Below, piece by piece: positions 56,646-60,353 of a stretch of 60,353 nt of DNA. This DNA comes from Gemmatimonadaceae bacterium (GTDB lineage Bacteria > Gemmatimonadota > Gemmatimonadetes > Gemmatimonadales > Gemmatimonadaceae), in contig JBBDYC010000009.1 in the NCBI GenBank assembly GCA_040901985.1, positions 1-60,353 of the forward strand. Reading direction: 5' to 3'. Under the pieces are notes generated by a model, which was not told the origin of the DNA, did no database searches, and saw only the letters and a list, made by a program, of their open reading frames with translations. The position numbers and the translations under genes were made by a program. The stretch's first letter is position 1. Each line of letters starts with the position of its first letter.

Positions 56646-57596
56646 TCAGCTCGCCCCTGCCTTTGTTCGCACCCCGAGGACGAGGCCCGCCAACACCACG
56701 GCGCCGCCGATGATCACGCCGGGGCTCGGGATCTCCCCGATGGCCGGGATCAGCGCGGCGAGCACGGCGGCGCCGACGGGCTCGGCGAGCAGGGCAAGAC
56801 TCACGACGTACGCCGGGACGTACCGGACCGCCCAGTTCATTCCCGTGTGGCCGACGAGCATCGGGCCGAGGGCGATGCCGGCGAAGATCGCCCATTCGCG
56901 CGCGGGGAAGCCGCCGAGCGGCGTCCCCTGCACCGCAGCGAAGCCGAGGAGCGACATCAGGCACGCGCCATAGACGAGTCCTACGTACGGCCAGAGGGTG
57001 AGGCGCTGGCGGAGCGAGCGGCCGGCGAGATAATAAAGGCCGACCGTCAGCGCGCCGAGGACAGCCAGCGCGTTGCCGAACAGGGCCGACACGCTGGCGG
57101 CGCCTGGCAACGCGGCGTCAGGCGACGCGGCGTCAGGCCACCCGGCGTCGGCCACCCCGATGATCGCCGCGCCGACGAGCGCGATGGCGATCCCGACGAG
57201 CTGCGTGCGCGTGGGACGCTCGCCGAGCCAGAGCGCCGACCCAGCCACGACCACCACCGGATGCAGGTTCACCAGCACCACGCTTGCCGCGACGCTCGTG
57301 TACTCGAGTGAGGCGATCCAGCTCCAGAAGTGGATGGCGAGGAGGAACCCCGCGCCGAGCGCGACGCCGAGGTCGCGTCGCGAGAGCGCGCGCCACTCGC
57401 GCCAGGCGCCGGTCGTCGCGAGGATGGCGCCGACCACGACGAGCGCGAGCGCCACCCGCCAGACGGCGATCGCCAACGGCTCGGCGGCCGAGAGGCGCGC
57501 CAGCGGCCCCGAGATGGAGACACCGAGCACCGCCGCGCCCAGCACCACCGGCAACGCGGCGGGGCGCGTCACCAGGGCGTTTCGGTCGCGGGTCAT
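56646..57596 (-). CDS. DMT/EamA transporter
   Basis: About ten TM segments; HFWSWIASLEYTSVA, GHTGMNWA, EPVGA. Confidence 0.9.
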   Translation of the reverse strand: MTRDRNALVTRPAALPVVLGAAVLGVSISGPLARLSAAEPLAIAVWRVALALVVVGAILATTGAWREWRALSRRDLGVALGAGFLLAIHFWSWIASLEYTSVAASVVLVNLHPVVVVAGSALWLGERPTRTQLVGIAIALVGAAIIGVADAGWPDAASPDAALPGAASVSALFGNALAVLGALTVGLYYLAGRSLRQRLTLWPYVGLVYGACLMSLLGFAAVQGTPLGGFPAREWAIFAGIALGPMLVGHTGMNWAVRYVPAYVVSLALLAEPVGAAVLAALIPAIGEIPSPGVIIGGAVVLAGLVLGVRTKAGAS

Positions 57597-57778
57597 TCCG
57601 CCATTTTAATGCTTGAGTGGCAGCGATGACGTGCTGGTCGTCCGTGCGGCTCGACGAGACCCGACGTCCGCAATGCCGGCTCCGCGCGCACCCGGGCGAG
57701 CGCGATGTCCACAGAATTGGGTGAACATCAGAGCCGGGACAGTGGCGGCCCGCGTGGCTCGCTCTCAGATTTCCCGGT

Positions 57779-58036
57779 ATGCCCGCTCCGCTCTCCGCCG
57801 ACACCGTGCCCGCCGCCGCCGAGGTGCAGTTGGCGGCTTGGCGCGCGATGACTGCGCGCGAGAAGCTCGCGCAAGTCCAGGCACTGACGGCCGCCGTGTT
57901 GCGGCTCGAGCGGGAGGGATGGCGTCGCCGTCACCCCACACTCGGCCCGGACGAGCTCCGGGCCGCGACCGTCGGGCAACGTCTCGGCGCGGAGCTCGCC
58001 GCGCGTGTGTATCCATCGGCGCCTCGTGAGCGCTGA
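57779..58036 (+). CDS. Small helical protein, putative nucleotidyltransferase partner
   Basis: DTVPAAAEVQLAAWRAMTAREKL..RRRHP; overlaps downstream gene. Confidence 0.65.
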   Translation: MPAPLSADTVPAAAEVQLAAWRAMTAREKLAQVQALTAAVLRLEREGWRRRHPTLGPDELRAATVGQRLGAELAARVYPSAPRER

Positions 58037-58610
58037 GCCGCTGCCGGATGTGCTCGACATCGCGCTCGAGATTGCGGGTCGCCTCGAACACCTCTCCGTA
58101 CCGTATCTCATCGGCGGCTCGCTCGCGAGTTCCGTACACGGTGAGCCGCGCGCGACGATGGACGTAGATGTCGTCGCCGACCTGCGCGCGCAAACGGTCC
58201 TTGCGCTGGTCGCGATGCTGCGCCCTGACTACTACGTGGAGGAGGCGGCCGCGCGAGCGGCGGTTGATACGGGCGGTGCGTTCAACGCGGTTCACTCACG
58301 CGCAGGGATCAAGATCGACTTCTTCGTCGCCGGCGACGATGCGTTCGAGCACGAGCGGCTCCGGACGCGGATCGCCGTGGCGGTGCGCGAGGATCCGCCG
58401 CGCACGCTCTGGATGGACACCGCCGAGCACACGGTGCTGCGCAAACTGGAGTGGTTCCGGCGCGGCGGCGAGGTCTCGGACCGTCAATGGCGGGACGTTC
58501 GGGCGATCATCGCACTGCAGGGGGCGGCGCTGGATCGCAGCGAGCTGGCCCGCTGGGCGCCCGTGCTCGGCGTGTCCGACCTCTTGGAGCGGAGCCTGGA
58601 CGGTCGCTGA
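58026..58610 (+). CDS. Pol-beta-like nucleotidyltransferase, putative TA component
   Basis: YLIGGSLAS..GEPRATMDVD, KIDFF, LRKL; GTG start inferred. Confidence 0.75.
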   Translation: MSAEPLPDVLDIALEIAGRLEHLSVPYLIGGSLASSVHGEPRATMDVDVVADLRAQTVLALVAMLRPDYYVEEAAARAAVDTGGAFNAVHSRAGIKIDFFVAGDDAFEHERLRTRIAVAVREDPPRTLWMDTAEHTVLRKLEWFRRGGEVSDRQWRDVRAIIALQGAALDRSELARWAPVLGVSDLLERSLDGR

Positions 58611-58706
58611 CGTGACGCGTGTCGGCGGTGGGAGGTCGAGCCGACCCAGCGCGCTCGCCCACCCTCCCCCTCCCCCCGGACCGCTCCACCGGTTCATTTT
58701 CCGCTG

Positions 58707-59699
58707 ATGCCCAAGGCCCTCATCTCGTCGGCGAAGTTGCAGCAGCTCTTCGCCGCCATCCGCGGCAAACCCCCGCGCGTCGCCGTCATCGGCGACGCGA
58801 TGCTCGACCTCTACCTGCGCGGCGACGTGGACCGCATCTCGCCCGAGGCGCCGGTCCCGGTGGTCCGGGTCCGGGAGCGCCGCTACGCGCTTGGCGGCGC
58901 GGCCAACGTGGCGCAGAACGTCCTCGCGATCGGCGCCCGCTGCGAACTCGTGGCGGCGCTGGGCGACGACCAGCCCGGGGCGCAACTGCGGGAGCTGCTG
59001 GTCGCGCAAGGCGCCGAGCCGCGCGGCCTCATTGTCGCCGGCCGTCCGACGACGACCAAGACGCGCGTCGTCGCCCGCGGCCAGCAGGTGGTGCGCGTGG
59101 ACGACGAGGTGGATGCCGACCTCTCGGGCGACGAGGTCAAGCGCCTGCACGCGGCCGTCGCCGCCGCCATCGGCGACGCGGACGCGTTGATCCTCGAGGA
59201 CTACAACAAGGGGGTCTTGGTGCCGGCGGTGATCGAGCGCGCCATTGCCGCGGCGCTCAAGAAGAAGATCCCGGTCGTCGTGGACCCCAAGTACCGCAAT
59301 TTCTTCGCGTTTCAGGGGGCGACGATCTTCAAGCCCAACCGGCGCGAACTCGAGGCGGCCCTCGGCGCGGCGGTGGACCTCGACCACCCGGCGGCCCTCC
59401 CCGCCGTCCTCGCCCGGCTCGGCGCGGCGCATCTCCTCCTGACCCTGAGCGAGCACGGGATGGCGCTGATTGACCGCAGTGGCGCGATCCATCGCATCCC
59501 GACCACGGCGCGCGAGGTGTTCGACGTGGTCGGCGCCGGCGACACGGTGACCGCGTACCTGGCCGTGATGCTCGCCGCCGGCGCGACGCCGCTCGAGGCC
59601 GCGGTGGTCGCCAACTACGCCGCCGGCGTCGAGGTCGGCAAGGCCGGCGCGGCGACCGTGACGCCTGACGAGATCGTGGAGGCCTTTGATGCGCACTGA
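58707..59699 (+). CDS. Heptose-7-phosphate kinase (RfaE/HldE domain I)
   Basis: GDAMLD, RISPEAPVPV, GGAANVA, DYNKG, VFDVVGAGDTV. Confidence 0.92.
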   Translation: MPKALISSAKLQQLFAAIRGKPPRVAVIGDAMLDLYLRGDVDRISPEAPVPVVRVRERRYALGGAANVAQNVLAIGARCELVAALGDDQPGAQLRELLVAQGAEPRGLIVAGRPTTTKTRVVARGQQVVRVDDEVDADLSGDEVKRLHAAVAAAIGDADALILEDYNKGVLVPAVIERAIAAALKKKIPVVVDPKYRNFFAFQGATIFKPNRRELEAALGAAVDLDHPAALPAVLARLGAAHLLLTLSEHGMALIDRSGAIHRIPTTAREVFDVVGAGDTVTAYLAVMLAAGATPLEAAVVANYAAGVEVGKAGAATVTPDEIVEAFDAH

Positions 59700-60270
59700 C
59701 CGGGTGCTGCTGATGGGCGTCTGCCTCGCGCTGCTGCCGACCGCCGCCGCTGCGCAGTGGGGCGTCGCCGGCGGCGTGCGCACCGGCAGCGGCGGTGACG
59801 GATCGGATGCCAACGGCGTGCGCCGCGGGGTGGAGGGGCGCGTCTTTCACGACCGCGCGCTGGGCGCCGACCGCCTCGCCGTCCGCGCCGAGCTGGCGTA
59901 CAACCAGATGCAGTACGACCGCGACGACGCCGGCACGCGGTTCCAGATCGCCGAGAATGGCTTTGAGCTGCTGGCCGCGGTGCGCGCCGACCTGCGCGGC
60001 GCGCTCACCGGCCTCTACCTCACCGCCGGCCCGGTGGCGAGCTTCCGCGCCGCCTGTGGCACCTCGAGCATCTACGACTCCAACGGTCGCGTGGCCTGCG
60101 CGGAAGGTGACACCTACCTGACGGGCTATGCGCTCGGCGCCGGCTTCACGTGGCCGGCCGCACGGTCGGACGTGCTGTTCGAGATCCGCTATATGGGACA
60201 CGTCACGGCGGCCAATGGACGTCAGCTCGTGGCGATCGGCGTCGGCGTCCGGCAAAAGCGGAAGCCGTAG
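59686..60270 (+). CDS. Small outer-membrane beta-barrel-like protein
   Basis: Signal peptide ending AAAQ; alternating beta-strand pattern. Confidence 0.6.
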   Translation: MMRTDRVLLMGVCLALLPTAAAAQWGVAGGVRTGSGGDGSDANGVRRGVEGRVFHDRALGADRLAVRAELAYNQMQYDRDDAGTRFQIAENGFELLAAVRADLRGALTGLYLTAGPVASFRAACGTSSIYDSNGRVACAEGDTYLTGYALGAGFTWPAARSDVLFEIRYMGHVTAANGRQLVAIGVGVRQKRKP

Positions 60271-60315
60271 GGCGCGGCGGAACGCAACACGCCGCGCGGG
60301 TCAGGCGGAACGCAG

Positions 60316-60353
<38 letters not shown>

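Overview
A high-GC bacterial chromosome segment; gene content and order suggest Gemmatimonadota (inference, not a database result). Most of it is minus-strand housekeeping: recN-nadK-dxs-ispA-xseBA-folD-rny-zapA-pheTS-rplT-rpmI-infC; rsmA-RsbU/W/V-like-coaD-rsmD-recJ-dnaG-mutS2-rpsU; HIT-rsmE-prmA-dnaJ-hrcA-hemW; dprA-obgE; cca. Two tRNA genes sit at the left edge. Two accessory regions stand out. (1) About 20.45-25.0 kb: a five-gene operon joined by 4-nt stop/start overlaps (lipoprotein, HsdR-N-type PD-(D/E)xK nuclease, DUF6941-like protein, HicA-like, HicB-like), a DUF4258/DUF2283-HTH toxin-antitoxin (TA) pair, and an unannotated 37-aa basic peptide behind a ~240-nt structured leader. (2) 52193-54623: a complete IS1-family-like transporter element with 17-bp terminal inverted repeats (TIRs) and a perfect 8-bp target-site duplication (TSD). 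It carries a small basic protein, a ~400-nt multi-hairpin spacer, a single-ORF DDE transposase and a NYN RNase gene that has a terminator-containing leader and an in-frame UGA. Other signals: an AT-rich, DnaA-box-flanked oriC candidate between hemW and dprA, a perfect Rex operator, an ATC-initiated infC with an attenuator-like leader, and scattered period-7 repeat tracts. The terminal poly-G run is probably an artefact. All family names come from motif recognition by eye; no searches or folding programs were run.
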